Positions 29,401 to 38,116 of a DNA stretch of 63,743 nt are shown one piece after another. The notes under the pieces were generated by a model. The model searched no databases. It saw only the letters and a list, made by a program, of their open reading frames with translations, and was not told the origin of the DNA. Position 1 is the first letter of the stretch, and each line of letters starts with the position of its first letter. The position numbers were made by a program, and so were the translations under genes. This stretch comes from Terriglobales bacterium (GTDB taxonomy: Bacteria; Acidobacteriota; Terriglobia; Terriglobales; SCQP01), in contig JANWJU010000108.1 of the NCBI GenBank assembly GCA_025451775.1, forward strand, positions 1 through 63,743, in the 5' to 3' direction.

Positions 29401-29580
29401 CAGAATCGCTTCCGGGGCCTCGACCTCCGCCAGCAGCCGCAAGAAGCGCTGGACGAGGAGCCCGGTCTTCCCCGATCCGGCGGGCGCGCGCACCAGCACC
29501 GAACCGGCGGCATGGAGCGCGGCATGCCGCGCTTGCGCGTCATCGTCATGCCGCGCTGGGGCGGCGGCCTCAGGCGTCAT
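26440..29580 (-). CDS. UvrD-like helicase with C-terminal nuclease (AddA-like)
   Basis: APAGSGKT, DEFQDTS, VGDPMQSIF, TVHQAKGLEFD, RLLYVGMTRAR and WIIDYK motifs. Confidence 0.92.
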   Translation of the reverse strand: MTPEAAAPARHDDDAQARHAALHAAGSVLVRAPAGSGKTGLLVQRFLRLLAEVEAPEAILALTFTRKAAGEMRQRVLQAIANAAGAPPAAAHDRLTWELARGARDQDARHNWQLARSPSRLQIMTLDSLALKLAGRMPWLTRLGPAPRPTEDADRLYRAASRATMSRIDLAGDDPSPGGAAARALLRHLNGDLEAAETLLAELLARRDAWLPLVLSGASQEQFEANLRQVLQAQLDDVRQKLHAEGVPVTVAGLDVAGWQAVAARLLTKEGTARKKGPYPGLGDAACAALHRTRSLPEPAYSEYEWNIVATLVRLLPVAAAELRVVFAEQGECDFTEITLAARAALGTLEAPSALAYGLDAQLRHIFIDEFQDTSRAQYGLICGLISDWTAGDGRTLFLVGDPMQSIFGFRDAEVELFEQAEVRGHLGGQPLQCLQLRRNFRSGRALAAWVGGHFEIASEGVNSGGEADVVAIASRNPRAEAVEVARLAQQEMAAGAGTVAILVHSRTHVAPIHHALRRAGVAYSGSKLMKLADSPVVLDLMALTRALHDPADRVAWLAVLRAPWCGLTLADLHALCGGDRETAVRDLWRQRRAHLSGDGGARAARAMTVLEAAAQERGRWSPRALVEWCWRELDGAGCTPHPAGAAAFFERLDHASGWDAAALGAALDGLFAPDEHAPQGRVQIMTVHQAKGLEFDAVILPGLGRRLRPDKDGLLRWAEFPAEGDFAWLMAPQPARGTEERTVYGLIKQRDQEKKRQEQRRLLYVGMTRARQRLHLVAAMPLHPSTGQLRAPDGGSPLACVWATLQPEFERQFQQHRSQAGLAAHEALSSTLAPAAGFPLLRRVRVVPAAAVAPAPAAATVGLQNLQNMQGALAPGGWERGTGTAVHALLRRLAESGVRSWSAAQLDHQLRSAGVLPADLPLARERAERALRHTLGDARGRWILDRHPGARCEWAIAGATPGGAAHRVIDRSFIAADGTHWIIDYKITEPGPGAQAAAWLEAERERYQPQLAAYAQLVAALDAEPRPWRCGLYFPLTGAWLEWGG

Positions 29581-32209
29581 CGCCCACCTCCATAAACTCC
29601 GCGGGCGCGTGGTCCATCTCCCACTCGCCGATCCGGCACAACATGGGCAGGTCGCAATGTTTGCAGGTTTCGCGGCGAACCTTCGGGTCGATCTCGGCCC
29701 CACCCGCCAGATACGCCGCGGCGAGATCGAGCAACGCCTGTTCCCACGCCGGCAGCAAGCCGGGCGTGCAATCTGCCTTTTTCAACGCCACATCGCCGAA
29801 GCGGAGTTGCACGAAGGCAATCCCCCCAATGCTGTCCCGCGCGGCATCGGTGACCGCGTAGACCGGTAATTGCGGCTCCTCGGGCCGGGGCATGTCCCAC
29901 AGGCCTGGCGACACCTTGCCCGATTTGTAGTCCAGCAGCACACGGCCGCCGCCGTCGAGTTGATCAATCCGGTCAAGGCGCAGCTTGAGCTTGAGGCCGC
30001 CCCAATCGAGTTGGCGCTCATGTTCCAGAGCCTCGACGTGAAAGGCCGGACGCGTGAGTTCGACCTCCAGCCACGCCGTGACCAAATCGGTGAGCCGGTG
30101 CATTTCGGCGTCGGCCAATCCGGGGCGGGCGTGCAGCAACGGTTCCGCGCCGGTGACCGCCGCCGCGGCCTGGGCGGCGAGGCCGCGGCGTTCGTCCGCG
30201 CTCATGGCCAGGAGCCGGGCTTGGCTGCCAAGTTGCTCGAACACGCGCTGCAAGACGGCGTGCAGCAGCGTCCCGCGGGTGGTGTGGGTGAGGCCCGCAG
30301 GCGGCGCGTCCGCCGCTTCGGCGTGCAAGCGCCGATGCACGAAGGCGCGGAACGGGCAGGCCGCTTGCTCTTTAAAGATGCCGGTGCCACCCTCGGCGTC
30401 CGCGCCCGTGGCTGGGGGAGCGTGCGTGTCGTCAAGGGCGGCTATGTCAGCCGCCTGTCGCCGCGCGTCCCTATTTTCCATGGGGTGTTCCACCGGCGTC
30501 CAGGCGATCGGCTCCCAGGGCAGCAGCGGACTGGGTTGCAGCGGGCGCTCGCCATCGTTGGCGGCGTAGCTGATGGCGATGGCATCGGCGCTGCGGCGCA
30601 GCCGATCGAGCTGGCGCTGGGCAAAATCGGATGTCTGCGCGGGCGTGGCGTGGGGCAGGCCAAGCTCGGCCTGCCAGCGGCGCGGCAGAAACGGATGCGG
30701 CGCTGCCGGCGCGGGCACGGCGGTGTCGTCCAAGCCGGTGATCCAAAGATGGTCGAACTCCAGTCCGGCGGCCTCGAGCCAGCCCATAATCTGTACACCG
30801 CCTCCAGCCTGTTCGGGCTGAAACAGCCGCCCGGCGGCGACGGCGCGCAGGTTGCGGAGCGCGGCATCGGCGGTGACCGGGCCGCGGGCATTGACGGCAT
30901 CGAGGCTGGCGCAGCCGGTAAGCGCCTGCTGCCAGACCTCGCAGGCTTGATGTTCAGCGCTGGAGAGACCGCGCTCGCCCGGCCATCCCATGGCCGCGAG
31001 CGACGCCGCAAAGCGCTGGGTCCAGCTTGCCAACGGCGCTGTGCCAGGACCGCGGAGCGCGTCGCGGCCGGCTGCGAGCGCCCGCGCCAGCCCCGGGCAG
31101 AAGCGCGCGGTCTCCGCGCCGCCCAGCGCTTCAGCGGCGATCTGCGACCGTCCTTGGCGCGCCCAAGTGGGGCGCCGCCGCGCGCGGGGGCCGGCTTCCT
31201 GCTCCGCACCCGCCAGAAACGGCGAGCTGACGATGGCGGCCGCGCGCGCGGGATCGAGCCAGGCGCCGGCGGGGGTGAGCGCCCATTCGAGCAACTCCAA
31301 GGCCGCCGCCGCCACCGGCCAAGCCGTGAGCGGCCGGCCCAGCGAGAGGTGAAACGCAGGCGGCGCTGCCGCCCACGGCGCCCGCTCGGGGTGAAACTCG
31401 GCCGCGAATGCGTGGGCGGCCAGGTCGCGGATGCCGTCCAGCCCCGGCGCCACCATTGCGATGCTCTGGCTCGGATCCGCCATCCACAATTGATGCGCCC
31501 AGCGCGCCGCCGCCGCCATCTCCTGCGCCGCATCGGGGGCCTGGCAGGCCTGCATGAGGGAGCCGCGGCGCTCGGGCTGCGGCCAGCGGTTGAGGGCCAT
31601 GCCCGCCGCTGCCATCGCCTCCATCAGCTCTCGCTGCCGCGGCGGTGCGACCTCGTCGAAACCCGCCATCCAGACCGTCTTGGCTATCGACGCTTCTCCG
31701 CCTCGCAGCAGCCCGGCCACGGCTTGGGGCAATTCGGCGGCGGTGATCCAGCCACCGCGGCGGCAACGTTCGCGCACCAGTTCCACCCAGTGGTGAAACG
31801 CCGCCGTCTCCTGGTTCTGCCCCCAGGCCGCGTCGTTCCAGGGCAGCGCCCACGCGTGCGCCAGTTCCCAAGCCGCGGCCGCGGCCGCCGCCGTGGCTTC
31901 CACATCCAGCAGCGCGGTGTCCATCCTGCCCGGCCCGGCGGGGCCGGCGGGGCCGCGGACTGCCTCATCCCATAGCCACCGCTCCTGCGCTGGATTGAGC
32001 AGCACGCGGTCGCCGTGCTCGCGCCACACCTGCTCCAGCCAGGCCGAGAGCGGCACGATCACCGGCGCCTCCCAGGCGCGCCCGCCGGCCTGCTGCTGGC
32101 GCTCATCGTAGGCGCGGCGCAGCTCCCGGGCCAGCCGGGCTTGGGCGGTGAGCAGCGTGGCGCCGGCGGCGAGCGAAGCCCAGGCCGTCTCAATGCTGGT
32201 GGGGTTCAC
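29570..32209 (-). CDS. AddB-like DNA repair protein with PD-(D/E)XK nuclease and Fe-S cysteines
   Basis: ACPFRAF, RLDRIDQ...LDYKSG, QLPVYA and CKHCDLPMLC; overlaps the helicase gene. Confidence 0.9.
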   Translation of the reverse strand: MNPTSIETAWASLAAGATLLTAQARLARELRRAYDERQQQAGGRAWEAPVIVPLSAWLEQVWREHGDRVLLNPAQERWLWDEAVRGPAGPAGPGRMDTALLDVEATAAAAAAAWELAHAWALPWNDAAWGQNQETAAFHHWVELVRERCRRGGWITAAELPQAVAGLLRGGEASIAKTVWMAGFDEVAPPRQRELMEAMAAAGMALNRWPQPERRGSLMQACQAPDAAQEMAAAARWAHQLWMADPSQSIAMVAPGLDGIRDLAAHAFAAEFHPERAPWAAAPPAFHLSLGRPLTAWPVAAAALELLEWALTPAGAWLDPARAAAIVSSPFLAGAEQEAGPRARRRPTWARQGRSQIAAEALGGAETARFCPGLARALAAGRDALRGPGTAPLASWTQRFAASLAAMGWPGERGLSSAEHQACEVWQQALTGCASLDAVNARGPVTADAALRNLRAVAAGRLFQPEQAGGGVQIMGWLEAAGLEFDHLWITGLDDTAVPAPAAPHPFLPRRWQAELGLPHATPAQTSDFAQRQLDRLRRSADAIAISYAANDGERPLQPSPLLPWEPIAWTPVEHPMENRDARRQAADIAALDDTHAPPATGADAEGGTGIFKEQAACPFRAFVHRRLHAEAADAPPAGLTHTTRGTLLHAVLQRVFEQLGSQARLLAMSADERRGLAAQAAAAVTGAEPLLHARPGLADAEMHRLTDLVTAWLEVELTRPAFHVEALEHERQLDWGGLKLKLRLDRIDQLDGGGRVLLDYKSGKVSPGLWDMPRPEEPQLPVYAVTDAARDSIGGIAFVQLRFGDVALKKADCTPGLLPAWEQALLDLAAAYLAGGAEIDPKVRRETCKHCDLPMLCRIGEWEMDHAPAEFMEVGDDA

Positions 32210-34374
32210 GCGTCGGCTCCCAAGGCATCGAGCAGCCAGGTGTACTCGAAGGCGACTTCCCGCAACCGGTCGTAGCGGCCGGAAGCGCCGCCGTGGCCGG
32301 CGGCGAGGTTGGTCTTGAGCAGGAGCGGAGTGGTGTTGGTTTTCAACTGCCGCAGACGAGCAACGTATTTGGCCGGCTCCCAGTACATGACCTGGCTGTC
32401 GTTGAGGCTGGTGGTGACCAGCATCGCCGGGTACGCCTGCGCCGTGAGGTTATCGTAGGGGCTATAGGAGCGCATGTAGGCGTACGCCGCGGCGTCATGC
32501 GGGTCGCCCCACTCCAGGTACTCGCCCACCGTGAGCGGCAGGGTCTCGTCCATCATGGTGTGGATCACATCGACGAACGGCACCGCCAGATGGGCCGCGC
32601 GGAACAGCTCCGGCCGCAGGTTCAGCACCGCGCCGATCAGCAGTCCGCCGGCGCTGCCGCCCTCGACGGCGAGTTTTTCGGGCGTGGTCCAGCCCTGGGC
32701 GACGAGGTGCTCGGCGCAGTCGATGAAATCGAAGAAGGTGTTTTTCTTGTGCAGCAGCATGCCGGCATCGTGCCAGGCTTCGCCCATCTCGTTGCCGCCG
32801 CGCACGTGGGCGACGACGTAGGTCACGCCGCGATCCAACAAACTAAGGCGGGCGCTGGAAAAACCGGCTTCAAGGCCGTAGCCGTAGCTGCCGTAGCCGT
32901 AGAGCAGCAGCGGGCCGGGGCGGGCCGCCCCCCGTTTCCATACCGCCGACAGCGGCACGCGCGTGCCATCGCGCGCCGCCGCCCACAGCCGCGCCGTCTC
33001 GTAGGCGGACGGATCGTAGCCGCCCAGCACCGGCTGCTGCTTGAGCAACTCGGTCGCCCCCGTGGCCATGTCGTATTCGAATACGCTGGCCGGCGTGACC
33101 GGGCTCTGATAGTGGTAGCGATAGCGCTGCGCGCCGGGCTCGGGGTTGGTTCCGGGCGAGGCCGCGTACACCGGCTCGGGAAAGGGGACCGTGGTCCAGG
33201 CGCCGGGGGCAAGCGCATTGGCGAAGCGGTGCACGCGCAGCCGGGTGAGTGCTGCCGCCGTCTCCTGCGCGACCGCGAAATCGTCGAATAGATCCAGGCC
33301 CTCGATCAAGACCTCGGGATCATGCGGCAGGAACTCGCGCGCGGCCTCCCAATCCGGCGCCGCCGCCGGTACGGTGAGCACGCGGAAATTCTTGGCGCCG
33401 AGGTTGGTACGGATATAAAACAGCCCGGCGCGGTGGTCGATATCGTACTTGTGGTCGCGCTGCCGCGGGTGGAATAGGCGCAGCGGCGCGGTGGGAGTAT
33501 CCGCCGCCAGGTAGCGGAACTCGGTGGAGTCGGTGGCGGCGATGCCGAGCAGGATGTAGCGCAGATCGCGGGTGCGGTCCACGCCGATGTGGTAGAGCTC
33601 GTCGGGTTCGAAGTAAACCTCATGATGATCGGCGCCCAAACGATGGCGCCAGAGGCGGTCGCTGCGCTTGGTGACCTCGTCCTCGGTGGTATAGAACAGC
33701 GTTTGGGAATCGGCAGCCCAGGCGACGGAGGTGACGCGCTCGGCGATGATGGTGACGGCCCCGGCCGCCAGCTCTTTGACGCAGAGCTGGTAGCGGCGCA
33801 TCCCGGTGTGATCCACCGTGTAGGCCAGGCGGCGGGCATCGTCGCTGATCTCGAAGGCTCCCAGGCTGCAGAAGGGGTGGCCGGCGGCGAGCTGGTTCTG
33901 GTCAAGCAGAATCTCCTCGGGCGGTGGCTCGCCACTTTTCGCTGGGTCGCTCCCGCTGGTCGCTTGAGGGCGGGCTTCGATTGGCGGCAGCGGATGCCCG
34001 CTCTGCTCGTGGCATCTCCAAGCTGCCTCCATGGGGTTGTCGCCACGGCGGCAATGGATGGGGTATTGCAGGCCTTCCTCGGTGCGCGAGTAATAGCGGA
34101 ACGCGCCGCGCCGCACCGGCACGCTCAGGTCGGTTTGCTGGATGCGTCCCAGCATCTCCCGATAGACGGCCTCGACCCGCGGCTCGTTGGCGGCGGTGGC
34201 GGCGGCGGTGTAGTCGTTTTCCGCCTCCAGGTAGGCGCGCACGGCGGGATCGTCCCGCTCGCGCAACCAGAAGTAGGGGTCGGCGAGGGTCTCTCCGTGA
34301 TAGGTGTCGGTGTGCTCGCGGCGTTCGGCCGTGGGCGGAGCGAGGGTAGGCGTGGGCGGCGGCTCGGGACGCAT
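32206..34374 (-). CDS. ptrB: Oligopeptidase B (S9A) carrying an in-frame repeat-derived insertion
   Basis: DPYFWLR, HVRGGNEMG, GGSAGG, DSQVMYWEPAK and GHGGASGRY motifs. Confidence 0.95.
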   Translation of the reverse strand: MRPEPPPTPTLAPPTAERREHTDTYHGETLADPYFWLRERDDPAVRAYLEAENDYTAAATAANEPRVEAVYREMLGRIQQTDLSVPVRRGAFRYYSRTEEGLQYPIHCRRGDNPMEAAWRCHEQSGHPLPPIEARPQATSGSDPAKSGEPPPEEILLDQNQLAAGHPFCSLGAFEISDDARRLAYTVDHTGMRRYQLCVKELAAGAVTIIAERVTSVAWAADSQTLFYTTEDEVTKRSDRLWRHRLGADHHEVYFEPDELYHIGVDRTRDLRYILLGIAATDSTEFRYLAADTPTAPLRLFHPRQRDHKYDIDHRAGLFYIRTNLGAKNFRVLTVPAAAPDWEAAREFLPHDPEVLIEGLDLFDDFAVAQETAAALTRLRVHRFANALAPGAWTTVPFPEPVYAASPGTNPEPGAQRYRYHYQSPVTPASVFEYDMATGATELLKQQPVLGGYDPSAYETARLWAAARDGTRVPLSAVWKRGAARPGPLLLYGYGSYGYGLEAGFSSARLSLLDRGVTYVVAHVRGGNEMGEAWHDAGMLLHKKNTFFDFIDCAEHLVAQGWTTPEKLAVEGGSAGGLLIGAVLNLRPELFRAAHLAVPFVDVIHTMMDETLPLTVGEYLEWGDPHDAAAYAYMRSYSPYDNLTAQAYPAMLVTTSLNDSQVMYWEPAKYVARLRQLKTNTTPLLLKTNLAAGHGGASGRYDRLREVAFEYTWLLDALGADA
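33924..33964. repeat. Repeat A copy 3 (in-frame in ptrB, ATSGSDPAKSGEP)
   Basis: Identical to 5040-5080. Confidence 0.9.
33999..34031. repeat. Repeat B copy 1 (in-frame in ptrB, EAAWRCHEQS)
   Basis: CGCTCTGCTCGTGGCATCTCCAAGCTGCCTCCA, 32/33 identical to 49008-49040. Confidence 0.85.
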
Positions 34375-34408
34375 CGCTCCAGTCTATCGCTCCAGTCCCG
34401 CTCCAGTC
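34375..34408. repeat. Three copies of CGCTCCAGTC upstream of ptrB
   Basis: Copies at 34375, 34388 and 34399; contains a minus-strand TAGACT 6 nt before the ptrB ATG. Confidence 0.6.
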
Positions 34409-34448
34409 CCGCCTCCCGCCGGCCCTCTGGCGGCGGGGTGCCCAGCGG

Positions 34449-35384
34449 CTAGCCGCGGCCGGGCTTGGCGGCGTCTTTGATGAGATCGGGGGGCGCGAGG
34501 GAGGGCGCGTTGCCCAGTTGCGAGGCGATGTGGGTGGCCTCCTCGACGGCGCGCGCCAGCACGGAGCGGATCTTGCCGTCTTCCAGCATGAGCAGGCCGC
34601 CGATGGTGCAGCCCGCGGGGGTGGTGACGTCGTCGCGCAGCGCCGCCGGATGGCGGCCCGTCTGCTGCACCATTTTGCCGGCGCCCACCGCCGTCTGCGC
34701 CACCAGCGTCAGCGCCAGATCACGCGGCAAGCCCACGCGCACGGCGGCGTCGGCAAACGACTCCATGATCAGGTACTGGTACGCCGGGCCGCTGCCGCTC
34801 AGCGCGGTGATGGCGTTGAAATGGTGCTCCTCGGTGGCGACGCAGCGGCCCACGGCGGTAAACACGCGCTCGGCGCGGGCGAGATGTTCGGGCATCGCCT
34901 GGCGGCCCGGGCAGATCACGGTCATGCCTTCACGCACCACGCAGGGGGTGTTGGGCATGGCGCGGACCCAGGGATTCCGGGTGCCGAGCGCTGCCTCGAG
35001 CTGCGCCGTGCTCACGCCTGCCATGATCGAGATCAGCAGTGTGTCCGGGCGCAGGCCGCCGGCGCGCAGGGCGGCAATGACCTGCGCCGCCTGCTTGGGC
35101 TTGACGCAGACTAGAATCATGCCCGTCTGCGGCAGCCGCCCGCCAAAATCCTGGACCACGGGCACGCCCAGCTCCGCCGCCGCCGCGGCGCAACTGCTTT
35201 GGGATCGGGCCGCGGCCCAGGCGTCCTCGCGCGCAATGGCGCCGCTCTCGAGCAGTCCGCGCAGCAGTGTGCGGCCCATGACGCCGGCGCCAATGACGCC
35301 CAGGGTTTCGCCCTTGGAGACGAGCGGAAGCGCGGGGGCGTGGCGTGGGTCCGGAGTCTGAGCTTTTGAATCCATTGCATCCAT
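34449..35384 (-). CDS. proC: Pyrroline-5-carboxylate reductase
   Basis: IGAGVMG, RAMPNTP, TALSGSGPAY and VTTPAGCT motifs; start may be 35375. Confidence 0.95.
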   Translation of the reverse strand: MDAMDSKAQTPDPRHAPALPLVSKGETLGVIGAGVMGRTLLRGLLESGAIAREDAWAAARSQSSCAAAAAELGVPVVQDFGGRLPQTGMILVCVKPKQAAQVIAALRAGGLRPDTLLISIMAGVSTAQLEAALGTRNPWVRAMPNTPCVVREGMTVICPGRQAMPEHLARAERVFTAVGRCVATEEHHFNAITALSGSGPAYQYLIMESFADAAVRVGLPRDLALTLVAQTAVGAGKMVQQTGRHPAALRDDVTTPAGCTIGGLLMLEDGKIRSVLARAVEEATHIASQLGNAPSLAPPDLIKDAAKPGRG

Positions 35385-35445
35385 GGCGAGGTTGGCCTCC
35401 ATCCTAAATGGTACAATCAGCCTGAGCATTTCAGGAGCCGTCCTT

Positions 35446-35994
35446 ATGACTTTCCGCTTCCGGCGCGTGCTCGTGATGGCCGCCGGGTTGGTTTTAGCCG
35501 CTACCTTGACCGAGGCGCAAGCCCCCGCCGCCGCCCCGGCGCCTGCTGCTTCCACCGGCGCTGCCGCCGCTCCCGCGGCCGCTTCCGCGCCCGGCTCGGA
35601 GTTCCCGGCTGGCCCCGGACGGGACACATTTATTCGCGTCTGTTCCGCCTGCCACGCCCCCGAGCAGGTCATCGGCCATGGCCAGGACGCCAGCGGCTGG
35701 GCCGATACCATCAATCAGATGATTCAAAACGGCGCTCAGGGTTCGGACCAGGATTTCGGTGACATCGTCCAGTACCTGTCCACCCACGTCGGCCCCATGC
35801 CCTCCCAGATCAATGTGAATACCGTCACCTCGCTCGATCTGCAGAACTGGCTGGGGTTCACCCCGCAGCTGGCTGATGCGGTCATCGCCTACCGCGCCGC
35901 CCATGGCAAGTTCACCTCCCTCGCCGATCTGGAAAAGGTTCCCGGCGTCGATGCCAGCGCGCTCGCCAACTTCAAAAATGCGTTGACGTTCTGA
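35446..35994 (+). CDS. Secreted c-type cytochrome fused to a ComEA-like helix-hairpin-helix domain
   Basis: Signal peptide, CSACH heme motif, distal Met (QMIQNGA); INVNT...AVIAYRAAHGKFTSLADLEKVPGV; AGGAG RBS. Confidence 0.85.
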   Translation: MTFRFRRVLVMAAGLVLAATLTEAQAPAAAPAPAASTGAAAAPAAASAPGSEFPAGPGRDTFIRVCSACHAPEQVIGHGQDASGWADTINQMIQNGAQGSDQDFGDIVQYLSTHVGPMPSQINVNTVTSLDLQNWLGFTPQLADAVIAYRAAHGKFTSLADLEKVPGVDASALANFKNALTF

Positions 35995-36053
35995 GCTGCT
36001 GGCCGCCGTATACTGAAAGGCAGCTAGTCCTTCCCCCCGACCGAGGAGGCTGT

Positions 36054-36638
36054 GTGCAACGTTTCCAATGGTTTCTCATCGCGCTCGCCGCAGTGTGTCT
36101 GGCCGGGATGCCGGTCGCCCAGGCACAATCGATTGACGCCTTTGCCGGATTGAATGCCCTCACCGCCAGTCAGGCGGTGCAGAACATTCCCCGCCTCGGT
36201 GGCGGGCTGTTCCCCAGCGCCGGCCTAAGCCTGTTTCTGGGGCCCGTCGGCATCGGCGCCGAGGCCGCTTTTCGCGCTCCGCAGAGCAACAGCCAAGCCA
36301 CCGGACTGCGCCCGGTCTACTACGACGTCAACCTCATCTTCGATCCCATCCACATCAGCCGCTCCATTGTGCCGGAACTGATGCTGGGGGTGGGCGCGGA
36401 GAGCATTAAGGCCTATTCCGGGCTGACCCAGTGCGGGTCGCTGGCCGCGTGTAATAACTACGCCAGCGCCAATCATCTGACAGGCCATGCCGGCCTGGCC
36501 GTCAAGGTCTATCTCACCGAGCATATTTTCCTCCAGCCGGAAGCCCACTTCTACTTTATTCGCCACAACACCGCGTTTCAGGCGACGAATGCTCAACGTT
36601 TCGGCATCTCGCTGGGCTATACCTTCGGGGGCAGCTAG
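36054..36638 (+). CDS. Outer membrane beta-barrel protein
   Basis: Signal peptide, amphipathic strands, C-terminal GISLGYTF; GGAGG RBS. Confidence 0.75.
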   Translation: MQRFQWFLIALAAVCLAGMPVAQAQSIDAFAGLNALTASQAVQNIPRLGGGLFPSAGLSLFLGPVGIGAEAAFRAPQSNSQATGLRPVYYDVNLIFDPIHISRSIVPELMLGVGAESIKAYSGLTQCGSLAACNNYASANHLTGHAGLAVKVYLTEHIFLQPEAHFYFIRHNTAFQATNAQRFGISLGYTFGGS

Positions 36639-36680
36639 CATCTAAGCAGACGGGTCCGCCATCGGCGGAGAGGAGTGACT

Positions 36681-37280
36681 GTGAAAAAAATTCGCTGGGC
36701 GGTGGCCACCGCCGTGCTCGTGCTGTTGGTTGGGTTGGCGCCGGCGCTAGCGCCGGCGCAATCGGTGGATGCTTTCCTGGGGTTCAACACCCTGGTGACC
36801 GGCACCTCCGCCAACGGCCTGCCCAAACTCGGTGGCGGCTTGTTTATGAACGCAGGCGGCGATCTCATCTTTCTGCCCCACAACCTGGGGGTCGGCATGC
36901 AGGTGGCGTGGCGCGCCAAACAGGAACTGTATGCCGGCGCAGTGGTACGGCCGCTGTACTACGACCTCAACCTGGTATGGCAGCCGGTCGCCCCCGGCTC
37001 CGCCATCCGCCCCGATTTCGCACTCGGCTTCGGGGCCCAGAGCCTGCGCTTTTACACCGGCACCTTTCAATGCTCGACGTTTGGAGGCTGTTCGAATTAC
37101 ATCAGCAGCAACCACCTCGTGCTGCACGCCGCCGTCGGGGTCAAAGTTTACATCACCCAACACATCTTTATCCGCCCGGCGCTGGACTTCTACAACATCC
37201 GGCACAACTTCGAGTACGGCGTCCCGGCTGCCTACCAGCCCGGCATCTCCATTGGCTACACGCTGGGCCCGACCTCGTAA
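36681..37280 (+). CDS. Outer membrane beta-barrel protein (paralog of 36054-36638)
   Basis: Shares AQSxDAF, LGGGLF, RPxYYDxNL, C-x5-C and GISxGYT with the upstream gene. Confidence 0.75.
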   Translation: MKKIRWAVATAVLVLLVGLAPALAPAQSVDAFLGFNTLVTGTSANGLPKLGGGLFMNAGGDLIFLPHNLGVGMQVAWRAKQELYAGAVVRPLYYDLNLVWQPVAPGSAIRPDFALGFGAQSLRFYTGTFQCSTFGGCSNYISSNHLVLHAAVGVKVYITQHIFIRPALDFYNIRHNFEYGVPAAYQPGISIGYTLGPTS

Positions 37281-37360
37281 CCTGTGGGGGTGGGCGTGGC
37301 TTGACACAGAGCAGGTTCAGCGCCAGCATCGAACTACAGAATTACTCTTAGGGGGCGGCC

Positions 37361-37627
37361 GTGGTCAGCAAAAAATGCGCGGGGTGCGGGCAGTACTTTT
37401 CCGGCGACTTGAACGGGGATTATCTCTGTCCCGCGTGTGCGCACCTGGAGGCGATGCCGCAGCGTCCGCTGTCCAGCCTGTCCGGCTTTGACATGGGTGA
37501 CGCTCCCCTCAACGCATCGCCGGACGTCGCGCTGGATGCATCGTTCGAGGCGGGAGCGCCGGCCGACGGCGCCCGCCGCCCCGCCGATCAGGCGCATCCG
37601 CGGAACGTCAAAGGGCAAGCCGCCTGA
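37361..37627 (+). CDS. Small zinc-ribbon protein
   Basis: CAGC-x13-CPAC at the N-terminus; TTGACA at 37301 upstream. Confidence 0.6.
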   Translation: MVSKKCAGCGQYFSGDLNGDYLCPACAHLEAMPQRPLSSLSGFDMGDAPLNASPDVALDASFEAGAPADGARRPADQAHPRNVKGQAA

Positions 37628-37654
37628 GCGGCCAGCGGAAGGGTTGCAGGTGGC

Positions 37655-38116
37655 GTGCCGTCGCTGATCTGTGATCTCCGGGCGGAAGCCGCGGGTCATA
37701 CCGCCGACTATCAGGCGTTGCGGGAGGCGGGTGAGCCGCTCACGCTGCTCTGGCCGGGAGTAGCGGCCAACGCAGCGCCGGCGGCGGGGTTGTGCCTGGT
37801 GGGCGATGCGGCCGCGTGGGAAGCCGCGCTGGAGGACGAAGCCATCCCCTGCATCGCCGGTTTGCCCGCGCCGCCCGCTTGGCTGCCGGTGGCTGAGATG
37901 GATCGCATCCTGCTGGTCAGCGCCGCCGGCGCCGCCTCTCGCCTCCCTCCGCTCGAGCACGCCCTCGCCAATCGCTTGTTTGCGGCCGGGGCTGAGGAGG
38001 TCGAACTGGTGCCGCCCGCCAGCCTCGCCGATTTGGGCCAAAGCTGGCACAGCGGCCGCCGGGCTGGCGCCCCGCGGCTTACGCCGGGCCAGTGGGAGCG
38101 GGCGCGCGGGATCTGA
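37655..38116 (+). CDS. Hypothetical protein
   Basis: 153 aa ORF with protein-like composition; no recognised motif. Confidence 0.5.
   Translation: MPSLICDLRAEAAGHTADYQALREAGEPLTLLWPGVAANAAPAAGLCLVGDAAAWEAALEDEAIPCIAGLPAPPAWLPVAEMDRILLVSAAGAASRLPPLEHALANRLFAAGAEEVELVPPASLADLGQSWHSGRRAGAPRLTPGQWERARGI

Noticed and set aside
26440-32209. Helicase/nuclease pair as a novel defence system
   Set aside because: The architecture matches AddAB-type recombination-repair genes in a housekeeping context
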